A stretch of DNA of 36,768 nucleotides from Octopus sinensis. Taxonomy: Eukaryota. The number at the start of each line of letters is the position of its first letter. The stretch's first letter is position 1. The stretch lies in the NCBI RefSeq assembly GCF_006345805.1, contig NW_021836831.1, positions 1 to 36,768 on the forward strand, given 5' to 3'. Below, piece by piece: positions 11,991 through 23,646 of this stretch. The notes below the pieces were generated by a model, which worked only from the letters and a program-made list of their open reading frames with translations, did not search any database and was not told the DNA's origin. The position numbers and the translations under genes are program-made.

Positions 11991-12643
11991 ACCTTTTAGC
12001 TGAAGGCAGAGATTTATTGTATAGATTAAATTAAAGTATATGAAGAAGACAAGGTTTATATTTTTTATTTCAGGAAAATTTGAATCACAAATTTTGAATT
12101 TACTTGAAATATAAAAATCCAAAACATTTTCTTTCTTTCAAATTTATCAACTATTTATGAGATTCTTTAAAAACATATAAACATTCTCTTCTTGTAAACA
12201 TACATGAAATCCTGGACACAATTTTTATTGTTTATAAAATGATTTGAGAAAACCAGCTCAGCTGTGAATATAAAAGTATATATGTTCGTGTTCATGCATA
12301 CGTACGTATGTATGTATGTATGTATGTATGTATGTATGTATGTATGTATGTGAAGTATATAAAAATTTATATAAAAGGCAGATATACAGTAAATATATAA
12401 TTAAACATTTATTGGATGGCTGTTGATTCTCAAGAGTTCCTCCGCCCTTTAACGGGTTTTGTTTTTCATCCCGCAGGGTGTCCAGTAAAAACCCTCCTCA
12501 CCAAGCAAGCTTGGTGTACGTATGTATGTATGTATAGAAAATCCATCATTGAAGCATGCTGTAAATGTGTTAGTACCTGATAGACCTGCTACATTTCCGA
12601 ATATAGTAGTTCCACAAATAGATACACTTAAAATATGCACCAG
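11016..12643. repeat. Local duplication, copy 2, including an uninterrupted SINE-A head (11016-11177) and reverse SINE-A (11192-11295)
   Basis: Matches 5915-7159. Has an extra ~480-bp block (about 11400-11885) inside the (TA)n tract. Ends at TGCACCAG (12636-12643). Confidence 0.9.
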
Positions 12644-13115
12644 GCTCCAGTCTGATCTGGCAGTGTTTCTACAGTTGGATGCCCTTCCTAACGCCAACCA
12701 CTCCGTGAGTGTAGTGGGTGCTTTTTACGTGCCACCTGCCCAGGTGCCAGGCGAGGCTGGCAACGGCCACGAGTGGATTGGTGCATTTTACGTGCCATTG
12801 GCACGGAAGCCAGTCAAAGCGGCGCTGGCATCGGCCACGATTCGAACGGCGCTTTTTACGTGCCACCGGCACGGAAGCCACTCTAGGCAGCGCTGGCATC
12901 GGCCACATTCAGATGGTGCCTTTTACGTGGCACCGGCACAGGGATCACAATTGCAGTTTCCATTGATTTTGATTTTGGTGTACATGACTCAAAGGATCTC
13001 CTCAAGCAAATGGTCGAAATGGTGTTTCTTCACTTGCCACCTGCACAGGAGTCAGTCCAGCGGTTCTGGCAACTGCGGGGGTGCCAGTCATAGGATTGGT
13101 TCAATTTCGATTCCG
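12636..13115 (-). mobile_element. RTE-like LINE 3' UTR fragment with internal ~65-bp tandem repeat
   Basis: Reverse complement of the 23250-23520 sequence. TTTTACGTG(C/G)CAC units at about 12721, 12784, 12852 and 12919. Confidence 0.75.
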
Positions 13116-13137
13116 ATTTCACTTGAAATATATATAT

Positions 13138-13199
<62 letters not shown>

Positions 13200-13517
13200 A
13201 AAGAAATCAGAACAGAAAGAGAAGAAAAGAACTGACACACAAAAAAAAGATTCAAAGAAAACTAGAGAGAGTGGGAAGAGGGAAAGAAGAGAGAGAATTG
13301 GGGACACAAAAATAGAGTTAATAATTATTAAATATCACAACAGCAGGTTATGAAGGATTTCGTGAAATTTCGACAGCTAGATGTTTGTTCTCAAGATAAG
13401 ACTTGTTTTTCTTTACCTAGAAAGTAGAGCCTAGTCTTCTGGAGAACATTATTTCCAATATATTTACAGGCAAAAGTCTGGTAAAAATCTAAGAAATATA
13501 AGTTTGTAATCAAACAT

Positions 13518-13556
13518 AGGCGCAGGAGTGGCTGTGTGGTAAGTAGCTTGTTTACC
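13518..13556 (+). mobile_element. SINE-A 5' head (A-box part), interrupted by the LINE
   Basis: AGGCGCAGGAGTGGCTGTGTGGTAAGTAGCTTGTTTACC. Continues at 18980. Confidence 0.92.
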
Positions 13557-13954
13557 TCACTGACTGAAGAGTGACTTTGCTTACCTTACTACGGTTTGGA
13601 CGCGTTTTCATCCCGGTAAGAGTTTTGCTGTGTTGTTAGTTGTTGAATTTTTACTACTGAAAATTTGTCTTTGAACGTTGTTGAACTGTCTTGTTCTCCG
13701 GTTTTACCGGGGAATAATTGGATAATTTCTTACCGTTGAACTGTTAGCCATTGTGGCTTTTTTCTACGTGACTATATATAGTCCTGCCAGACTATTTTCG
13801 TGCCCCTCCCCCGAATGGGGGTGGGAATTGGAATTTTTTGAACTGCTTTTTACCACTTATTGAACTACTTTGGAAGAAAAACTTTCTATAGGTTTCCCAG
13901 TTTTGTGGGAAACCAATATTCGTAATTTTTGTGTTGTCTAATTTCAACAGAATA

Positions 13955-15361
13955 ATGTCTGTTGAGATTATTCACGAAAGTAGTGCTCTTGAGGAGAGCA
14001 ATGTTAAAAAGATTTCTGCGGTAGCCGCAGTGGCTACCGACAACATTGACATCAATGTCGATCAGCTCGTCGAGCTATTTAAAAGAATGCAAGAGGAGGG
14101 TGGTGATGTTAAAATATCACCCTCCGTCAGTATCGTGGAGACCGAGAAGCGGACCGTAGTGTTTAAAACCTTCTGTCCACAAAGCAGAAGATTCAAACAC
14201 TTTGAAAAGAACACCATCGAGAAATGCCTGTCCCCGATTTGGAAGGACATCGTGTACGTCGCCAGGGGACGGGCATATGGCACTGTGGATGTCCGCTTCT
14301 CGGGGGAAGAGGTGGCCCGCGGGCATTCTGTGAACCCCCTAAAAACCAAGGAGGTGGTACTTTTCCCAAGCTATAGGGGACGCAGGACGTGCCGGGTCAG
14401 GATTGCAGAAGCCCCGCCGGAAGTAGATCCGGTAGAGGTAGTGGCCGCCCTGTTATATAAAAGGGCGGACAAAATTAAAATACTACAAGTAACATGCTCT
14501 GCCCCTCTATATTGGCTTGGGCGTAACATTAATATATTAATTCAAGGAACACCGGAGGACCTGCAGCTCCTCCCTGAGAGGGTGCTCGTGGGCGAGAACG
14601 TAGCCCTCAGGGTACAGGTCGAAGGCCGAAAACCCACCTGTTACGCCTGCGGCAAAAAGGGCCACATTCGTGTAGACTGTCCAGACAAGTAAAAGAAACC
14701 GCAGACACCAGGCCCCTCAGATAATAAAAAAATCTCTACCCTTGCAAACTCACCTACCCCTACAAAAACAAAAAATCCCACTCCTGCTGTTACGGTGCCA
14801 ACCCCAAAACAAACTGAAGAAAAAACCCAGCCCTCGCACGCACAAACCCCTACATTATTAAAACCTCCCACCCCCTTAAGAACTGCAGCGCCTACTGAAC
14901 AAACTATTGCTACCCCAGACGATACCATGGAGGTATCAGATGGGGGATTTACACCAGTTCGTAAAAGAATTCGTGCATCATCCCCGTCCACATCCCCTAC
15001 AAAAAATAATAAAAACAAAGACACACCACAGACACGAAAAAAAAAATCCCGCTCAACTGGCCCAGAAAAAGAAGACAAAAAAGAAAATGAACTCATATTA
15101 ATTGAATTCGACACACAAAACAAATACATAAACGATATTGTGGTTCGGCATCAGTCAGCAAGACTGTACAACAAATACAAAGATCGAAATGAGAGATACG
15201 CGTGGATTGCGGAAACAACGTTCAAACAATTAAAAGACAGACACCCAAACGCCATCCGGCATATCGCGAACTTGCCGGACTATCTGAAGAAGGAGGAGAA
15301 AGAAGGGGCCCACAAACGTGTGGTGAGGTCGGCCCCCATCTCTCCAACGAAATGTAAGTAG
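13955..15361 (+). pseudogene. LINE ORF1 (gag-like nucleic-acid-binding protein) with one in-frame stop
   Basis: ORFs 13931-14692 and 14795-15361 share a frame and are separated by a single TAA at 14690-14692. Zinc knuckle CYACGKKGHIRVDC, then a Pro/Thr/Lys-rich linker and a short C-terminal segment. Confidence 0.85.
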
Positions 15362-15378
15362 AACTTTTACTTTTTGTC

Positions 15379-18300
15379 ATGGCTTCGCTTAACCTTGGTT
15401 GTTTAAATGTGCGTGGTCTGAGTTCGAAGTGGAAGCAGGCTTGTTTCCTCGACGACCTCAGATCACATGATATACATGTGATGGTTTCTACAGAGACCAA
15501 GCTGGACAGCCTACAAAGCTTCTCGCCTCTCCTGAATGGCTACGAGAAAATCATGTCTCCTGGCCAGACCGGAGGGCGAGGGGGTGTAGTGGTACTGATC
15601 CGTAAAGACTTGGCTCTGCAGACAAGTACAGTCTATGTAGACCCAGAAGGTGGGCTGGTCGTCCTTGATGTGACATACAGCAGTAAGGCCTTCAGGTTGA
15701 TCGGACTCTATGCACCTTGTGCTAGAGGTTTCCAAACTGATTTTTATCGGCGCCTAGAGGGCTTTCTCGTGACGTCGAAGACGTTAGTGATATTAGGGGA
15801 CTTTAATGCTATCGTTGACGTACACATCGATAGCGTTGGCTTGATCTGTAGGAAAGTAAACTCACGTCTCGTGGATCTGCTTAAGCGGTTTCAGCTGGCA
15901 GATCGTTACAGACTTGGCCATCCGAACGTCCCAGAGTGGACCTGGATGAGTGGCGACGGAAGGTTCAAGTCTTATCTAGACAGGATAGTGATAAGTACTA
16001 GAGATAAGTCTAGTTTTAGTTGTCCACAGCTCGTCCAGGTGCCCTATACTGACCATAGAATGGTCACGTGTAGACTGGACATAGATAGCACACTTAAGAT
16101 AGGAACCGGCTACTGGAAGCTGAACAAGTCTATTTTGACACGCGAGGCATACCGTAGCCGGATTAAGGTGTTAGTGCAGAGGGCGTTAACCGGAGCCGTG
16201 GTTAATAACCGGTGGTGGTTCGCCCTCAAAAGAGCCATTCGATTCGAGTTCATTAGATTTAGTAAACAACTAAGACTAGATAGGGCTAGAATAGAAGGGC
16301 AACTAGTTAAGAACTTAGAGGAGGCGTTGAGGTTGGGCTCTGCATCTCACATTTTAGCGGCGAAAACGGCATTAGACCGTCACCTCAAAACCAAACATGA
16401 GGGATGTAGAGTTCGGGCTAAAGTACGAGCATTGGGCCGTGAGGGAATTAATGTTGCCGGATGGGCCCGTACGATAGAAACACAGCGTGGAAACGATGCC
16501 ACAATTGGGTCTCTTGTTGATGAAAACGGATGCACGATCAAGAAGCGGGACGAGATGTGTGAGGCACTTCACAAGCACTTCGCCGAGTTGTTCGGGAGGT
16601 GCGGGACGCTGGATCATGGTGAGGCCCTTAGGGACTTCCTGTCTGGTGGTCCGCGCCTCTCGACACGAGAGGCTGAGTGCTGTGAAGGGCCAATCACAGC
16701 CGAGGAAGTAATCGAGGTGTTGGGCAAGTGCCCCGGGGAGAAGTCACCGGGTCTCGATGGTCTGCCTATGAATTTTATAAAGTATGCCAGACTTGTTCGG
16801 GCACCTGCTGGCTAGCGTCTACGCCAACTGGCAGCAGAATGGGAGAATTCCCAAGTCTGCGAGCCGGGGGGCGGTGACGTTGATCAGGAAGGACCCGAAC
16901 AAGGGGGACGAGATAGGGAACTTCAGGCCCATAACTCTGTTGAACACAGAGTTAAAGATTCTGGCCAAGGTGCTAGAAAAAAGGTTGGCGCGGGTCGTGG
17001 ACAAACTTGTCGGGGAAGCGCAAACGTGCGCTATCCCTGGCAGAACGATCTACGACAATCTCCACCTTATACGCTACTCCTTAGAGAGGGTGGGGAAGCT
17101 TTCTGGCGCAGGGGGAGCACTGGTACATTTAGACCAGTCCAAAGCATTTGATAGGGTCGACCATCGGCACTTGGCGGCGGTCCTCGGAGAGGCTGGCCTA
17201 GGCCCGACCTTTCGAGGTTGCATCGCTGCTTTGTATAGCGACATCGAGTTCTGTAGTCAAGGTGAACGGTTCCTTTTCGAAGCCGTTCAGGATCGAGCGT
17301 TCAGTTCGTCAAGGGTGTCCCCTGTCCTCGCTCCTATACGTATTGGCTCTTGAGCCTTTGCTGCGGAAGTTGGAGGCACTAGGGGGCGCGCCGCATGATC
17401 TATGGTGTGGAAGAGGAGCTACGGCGTATGCGGATGACACCTCTATCATCGTGGCAGACGAAGGCCAGCTTCCAGTGGGGAAGAGGCCATCAAAAGCTAC
17501 GAGGCGGTGCAGGAGCAAAGGTTAACAAGGACAAGTCGGTCGGTTTGCAACTCGGCACCTGGAGGGGCAAGCCGATGCCGTCAATACGTCGTAGGGCGTT
17601 GGATGGAAGGTCCTGTTAAGCTGCTCGGAGTCTGGTTCGGGCCAGACCTCCAGATTGAGAAAAATTGGAGTGAGGTGCCAACAAGGTGACCGCTCTAACC
17701 CAGACCTGGTCTGGGCGGGCGTTATCCCTGCTAGGGAAGGCGGAGGTGGTGCAGATGTTATAGAATCAGTAATCACCTACCGTCTGACCGTGGTGCCTTG
17801 CCCCGATTTTGACTGAACAAGTGGAGAGAATCCTTTTCCGATTTTTGTGGAAAGGAGGAAAGCCACTTGTAAAGCGCTCTGTCTGCTGCCAGAAACCGCC
17901 AGGGATGCCTTGGCTGAGGATGCGAAAACTCGCGTTAAGGTTGAGGCACCTCTGGCTTTACCTGGATGGAGAGCAGGGTGTCACCGCACGTCCGGTTCTA
18001 CCTTCCCCAGTTAACATCCCTAACGGACATCGGTGCATGGATCAAGCGGAGACCTAAACTGAGTGAATGGCATTGGAGTGCCGTCAGGCGCTCAGCTACT
18101 CTCTCGGGTGGGCAACGCCGGCAACAGGAGTTCCACCACGGATTTCTATAGCGGGTTAGTGGAGGTTAAGTCCGAAGACGCCTGGGGGAGACCCTGGGCT
18201 ACGATGAAAATCAGTTGGTCAACCTATTCCGGAGGACGTTCGGGCCAGGGTATCTGGATAATTATCAGAAATCCCTGGCCTGGCAGTGTTTCCGTGCGGC

Positions 18301-18760
18301 TTTAACTGTTCGCGACAAGCTGTCAAGCACGGTAGTGCCGTCTCGCCGACATGCCCGCGATTGTGAGCAGGATAGGGAGACCGTCTGCGCGCATTCGTGG
18401 AGTGTCCGGAGTTATCGGGACTGATAGCTTTTGTTGAACAACTGTTGTCAGTGATGGGAAGAGTACAGCTATCAGCTGAGTCTATCATCGAGATTGTGCC
18501 CCCCCCTTTCCTTAACAGGAAAGAAAGACTTGTTTTTTCTGTGTAGTAACCATACTGAAAGAAACAGTATGGAAGACGCGTACGAAAGGTATAGTGACAG
18601 GCACCTTTGTCTCCGGCCAGGGGTTGATTAACTTTTTTAGTTACCACCTCAGTAGCAAAATCAGGCTGGAGAAGAGGTGTCTGTCACGAGATATGTTTGT
18701 GAAAAGATGGAAGCCTGTAGCATGCAAGATGGGGTATTTGGCACCAGGTAAGTGTGACCG
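15379..18760 (+). pseudogene. LINE ORF2: AP endonuclease + reverse transcriptase + C-terminal CCHC, multiply frameshifted
   Basis: APE motifs LNVRG, STETKL, GGVVVL, LYAP, GDFN, SYLDRI, TDH. RT motifs KSPGLDG, FRPITLLNTELKILAK, LDQSKAFDRVDH, VRQGCPLS, AYADD (about 17425-17440). Remnant CPRC..RETV.HAFVEC near 18340-18410. End coordinate approximate. Confidence 0.92.
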
Positions 18761-18979
18761 GATCAGAAAGTAAAGGTTCTACCCGGATAGCTGGGTGTCC
18801 GTCCTTCGACATGATCATTAATATTTTTAAACATTGTCTTCGTAAAACTCATTGTTTATAATCTTATCCGTAATTTCATTCGAAAATTGTAACTGTGTTA
18901 AGCTACTTCACCCTTTATATTTGTCTGTCCTTGTTTGTCCCCTCTTTGTAAATGCCTAAATGGCAAATTATATGAAATA

Positions 18980-19328
18980 AAGTAGCTTGTTTACCAACCA
19001 CATGGTTCCGGGTTCAGTCCCACTGCGTGGCACCTTGGGCAAGTGTCTTGTGAGTGGATTTGGTTGACAGAAACAGAAAAAAGCCCGTCGTATATATATA
19101 TATATATGCGTGTGTGCGTTTGTGTGTCTGTGTTTGTCCCCCTATCATTGCTTGACAACCGATGCTGGTGTGTTAATGTCCCCGTTACTTAGCGGTTTGG
19201 CAAAAGAGACCGATAGAATAAGTACTGGGCTTACAAAAGAATAAGTCCCGGGGTCGAGTTGCTCGATTAAAGGCGGTGCTCCAGCATGGCCGCAGTCAAA
19301 TGACTGAAACAAGTAAAAGAGTAAAAGA
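18980..19328 (+). mobile_element. SINE-A remainder (B box, body, internal microsatellite, tail)
   Basis: AAGTAGCTTGTTTACCAACCACATGGTTCCGGGTTCAGTCCC...GGCCGCAGTCAAATGACTGAAACAAGTAAAAGAG. Confidence 0.92.
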
Positions 19329-20059
19329 GAGAGATATGTATGTATATTGTCCATTTGCACGTATTATATTGTGTATGTGTGTGTGTGAGAGTGTTTATCA
19401 GTGTATGCTTCTGTGTATACTGTGCCTAGTATATGCATGATCAAGTACTTTAGATTCAGATGAATATGGTACTTAAATTAAAGGCACCAGAATTTGGTAT
19501 GGTATTATCCATATAAATCAAATGGGGTGATTATAATCAAAATAAGCAACAAGGATATCCAAGGTAGTGTAGTACAATCGTTTCATGCTACTTCATTTAA
19601 TTAATCAATGTAAGAATTACATCAGGTTTTAAATTTAGAGCACTCTTCAGCCACAAAGAGTGTAGGTATATAGACAGAGATACCGAAGATTTAATCCCAC
19701 TGCATAACTTCTTGGACAAGTGTCTTCTTCCATAATCTTGCATCAACCTAGGTGAACAGAAATTGTATGAGGGCTCATAGGATGTACCTCATTGGTAATT
19801 CCAAAGCCAACTTTGTTATACCCGTTGCCATGCTGATTCTGTCTGAGAATAAGATTGAGAATACGCGTCTCTGTAGAATACTAAGCCACTTGTGTGTGAA
19901 TACATCGTTTTTGTTTTTGGTTTGCAAGATTCTTTATGTGAATTCGTGTGTTGAAGCATATTTTGTTGTGTCTGGGGAGAGCCATTCTCTTTTGGGTGCC
20001 TTATTACTTAACACACTCACCGGTTCGATTTCCACTCATTTATTTATTTATTTATTTAT

Positions 20060-20195
20060 TACTTTTGACAGATATTTGTCCTCATCTTGTTTGTTGTTAA
20101 CACAACTTTTCGGCTGATATACCCTCCAGGCTTCATCAGGTGTCTTGGGGAAATTTCGAACCTGGGTTCTCATTCCTAAGGTATTTTTCAATACT
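20060..20195 (-). mobile_element. Penelope-like element terminal fragment with degenerate hammerhead-like core
   Basis: Minus strand reads ACAC-CTGATGA-AGCCTG-GAGGGTATAT-CAGCC-GAAA-AGTTGTGTTAACAAC...TGTC. Confidence 0.4.
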
Positions 20196-20202
20196 CTTGT
20201 TC

Positions 20203-20450
20203 CTCTTTTACTCTTTTACTTGTTTCAGTCATTTGACTGCAGCCATGCTGGAGCACCACCTTTAATCGAGCAACTCGACCCCGGGACTTATTCTTTGTAC
20301 TTATTCTATCGGTCTCTTTTGACGAACCTCTAAGTTACGGCGACGTAAACACACCAGCATCGGTTGTAAGTGATGTTCGAGGGACAAACACAGACACACA
20401 GACACAGACACACACACACACACACAAACACAAACACACACACACACACC

Positions 20451-20520
<70 letters not shown>

Positions 20521-20691
20521 CATATATACGACGGGCTTCTTTCAATTTCCGTCTACCAAATCCACTCACAAGGCTTTGGTCGGTCCGAGGATATAGTAGA
20601 AGATACTTGCCCAAGGTGCCATGCAGTGGGACTGAATCCAGAACCATGTGGTTTGTAAACAAACTACTTACCACACAGCCACTCCTGCGCC
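20203..20691 (-). mobile_element. SINE-A full length with internal (CA)n/(TA)n
   Basis: Head, body and tail all match other copies. Confidence 0.9.
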
Positions 20692-20693
20692 AA

Positions 20694-20747
<54 letters not shown>

Positions 20748-20748
<1 letters not shown>

Positions 20749-20918
20749 AAAAGCACCCACTACACTCACGGAGTGGTTGGTGTTAAGAAGGGCATCCAGC
20801 TGTATAATCACTGCCAACTCAGACTAGAGCCTGGTGCAGCCTCTTGGCTTCACAGACCCCGGTCCAACCCGTCCAAACCATGCTAGCATGGAAAACGGAC
20901 GTTAAACAATGATGATGA

Positions 20919-20921
<3 letters not shown>
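20748..20921 (+). mobile_element. RTE-like LINE 3' end
   Basis: AAGCACCCACTACACTCACGGAGTGGTTGG...GGACGTTAAACAATGATGATGATG tail, homologous to 23440-23607. Confidence 0.75.
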
Positions 20922-20961
<40 letters not shown>

Positions 20962-21490
20962 ATATAATATATATATATTATATATATGTATGTATATATG
21001 AATAAATAAAAGATTGCATCTTGCACCCTTTATTCCTTTGGAATGAAACTATGTTGTCTTCGAAAGATATGTCGAGAGTAAAGGAATTTTGTTAACATCT
21101 TCGTTCGACTCCATTCTTTTATTTATTCATATATAACACAAATATCTGCACATGAACCCGGAGTTTCTACCCTTGGACAGGTTGCTTCAACCATGTTTCT
21201 GACGTGAATTTGCTACCCTGGTATCGGTTACCATGCTGACGGTAAACATAGAATAATTCATTCACCTATCGAAATATATATTATATATAATATATAATAA
21301 AATATTAGGGAATAAAACCAAACTTACAGGGAAAAATCAGATCTAGGATAAATCCAATTTATAGTATAAATATATTATATTATATTATATTAAATTATAG
21401 ATAAAAACACTATTAGGCAAATCAAACAATGAAAAAACATAAGCCAATACATTAAAATTAATTAATTCATATTATTTTAAATATATATCA

Positions 21491-21552
<62 letters not shown>

Positions 21553-21553
<1 letters not shown>

Positions 21554-21719
21554 AGGAGTGGCTGTGTGGTAAGTAGCTTGTTTACCAACCACATGGTTCT
21601 GGGTTCAGTCCCACTGCGTGGTAGCTTGGGCAAGTGTCTTCTACTATAGCCTCGGGCCGACCAAAGACTAGTGAATGGATTTGGTAGACGGAAACTGAAA
21701 GAAGCCCGTCGTATATATG

Positions 21720-21754
<35 letters not shown>

Positions 21755-21960
21755 ATGTTTGTGTGTCTGTGTTTGACCCCTAGTATTGCTCGACAACCGA
21801 TGCTGGTGTGTTTGTGTCCCCGTTACTTAGTGGTTCGGCAAAAGAGACCGATAGAATAAGTACTCGGCTTACAAAAGAATAAGTCCCGGGGTCGAGTTGC
21901 TCGATTAAAGGCGGTGCTCCAGCATGGCCGCAATCAAATGACTGAAACAAGTAAGAGAAG
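21553..21960 (+). mobile_element. SINE-A full length
   Basis: A box TGGCTGTGTGG, B box GGTTCAGTCCC, internal (TA)/(TG), conserved tail. Confidence 0.9.
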
Positions 21961-22400
21961 GAGAAATACAAATAATACTAAAAATCCAGTTTCATACACA
22001 AAGATACATTCAACTGGTGACTCACCATTTCTTTTCTTTGACATTTCTAAAGAAATTCTAAAATATCTCAATTTTCACTCATTAAATTCCTGAGATTTCT
22101 ATAACCATATTAATCTAAAGAAACTTGTCCCTTTTCATATCTTAGATAAACTTTTTAGGTCACTTTTATAAAAGCAGGATGTGTGAGTACATATCCATCA
22201 GTTTATCTATCTAGCTAGTTAAACATACACGCATAGATACATACATACATACATACATATATATTTTTACATACACATATATGTAAGTTTGTATGTGTAC
22301 GTTTTGTATCATTTTAATGTTCATTATAATATATATTATATATATATTATGTATATAGTATATATATATATATCATATATATATATATATATATGTATAT

Positions 22401-22800
22401 AGGTGCAGGAGTGGTTGTGCGGAAAGTAGCTTCTATGAACCACATGGTTCTGGGTTCAGTCCCACTGCATGGCACCTTGGGCAAGTGTCTTCTACTATAG
22501 CCTCAGGCCGACCAAAGCCTTGTGAGTGGATTTGGTAGACGGAAACTAAAAGAAGCCCGTAGCATATATGTATGCGTGTGTGTGTGTGTGTGTATGTTTG
22601 TGTGTGTGTGTCCAGAATCACTTGACAACCTATGCTGGTGTGTTTATGTCCTCGTAACCTAGCACTTTGGCAAAAGTGATCAATAGAATAGGTACTAGGC
22701 TTACAAAGAATAAGTCCTGGGGTCGATTTACTCGACTAAATGCGGTGTTTCAGTCAAAATGGCCACAGTCAAAATGACTGAAACATGTAAAAGAGTAAAA
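22401..22800 (+). mobile_element. SINE-A full length
   Basis: Same structure as the other SINE-A copies, somewhat more diverged. Confidence 0.88.
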
Positions 22801-22927
22801 GATTGTGTATATATATATATGTATATATATATATAATTTCAGCAAATGTATATACCTACAAATATACACACACTAGCATGCATTTAGATAGATATATAGA
22901 TACCTATACATATATACATATACATGC

Positions 22928-22966
<39 letters not shown>

Positions 22967-23020
22967 GTTCGAAGATCATATATATATATTTATATATATA
23001 TATATATATAAATATATATA

Positions 23021-23603
23021 TGACCTTCGAAAGTTAGGTCTCACTGAGGAAATGATTAGAGACCGAGACCTTTGCTGTGAAGTATGCTGTGCGTGAGAAG
23101 ACCCAGCAGGACAGGTGAGACCATAACCCGTGGCCTCTACATGGGATGTAGCCAGTCCACTTATGCATACCTTTCCTTCTTGGGACACAAAACTCTACTT
23201 GCGAAGATCTGTTGAGGCAAGTGAGAATCAAAGTCAAAATCACAATCAAAATCGAAATCGATCAACATCAGTGGAAATTGTAGCTGTGATACCAGTGCCG
23301 GTGGCACGTAAGAGAACCATCCGAATGTGGCTGTTGCCAGCGCCGCCCGACTTGCCTCCGTGCCGGTGGAACATAAAATGCACCATCCGATTGTGGCCGT
23401 TGCCAGCTTCGCCTGGCACCTGTGCTGGTGGCACGTAAAAAGCACCCACTACACTCACGGAGTGGTTAGCGTTAGGAAGAGCATCTAGCCGTAGAAACAT
23501 TGCCAGATCAGACTGGGCCTAGCGCTTCCCAGACCCCAGTTGAACCCTCCAACCCATACTAGCATGGAAAGCGGATGCTAAACGATGATGATGATGATGA
23601 TGA

Positions 23604-23607
<4 letters not shown>
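23021..23607 (+). mobile_element. RTE-clade LINE 3' end (RT C-terminus remnant + tandem-repeat 3' UTR + (GAT)n tail)
   Basis: LGLTEEMIRDRDL resembles the RTE ORF C-terminus. About three GTGCCGGTGGCACGTAA units. Ends GCGGATGCTAAAC(GAT)n. Confidence 0.75.

Positions 23608-23640
<33 letters not shown>

Positions 23641-23646
<6 letters not shown>

Larger units (their letters stand above)
13557..18979 (+). mobile_element. L1/Tx1-clade non-LTR retrotransposon (LINE), near full length, ORF2 disrupted
   Basis: Flanked by a perfect 16-bp TSD AAGTAGCTTGTTTACC (13541-13556 and 18980-18995). About 400-bp 5' UTR, CCHC ORF1, 17-nt spacer, APE-RT-zinc-finger ORF2, short 3' UTR ending ...GGCAAATTATATGAAATAA with no poly(A). 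Confidence 0.93.

Noticed and set aside
14062-17776. Minus-strand ORFs overlapping the LINE (14062-14349, 14641-15129, 16372-16617, 17522-17776)
   Set aside because: Antisense shadows of ORF1/ORF2 with no recognisable motifs.
21050-21090. Second hammerhead (CGAAAGATATGTC)
   Set aside because: The 3' half resembles GAAAC-palindrome-GUC, but no CUGANGA core lies upstream.
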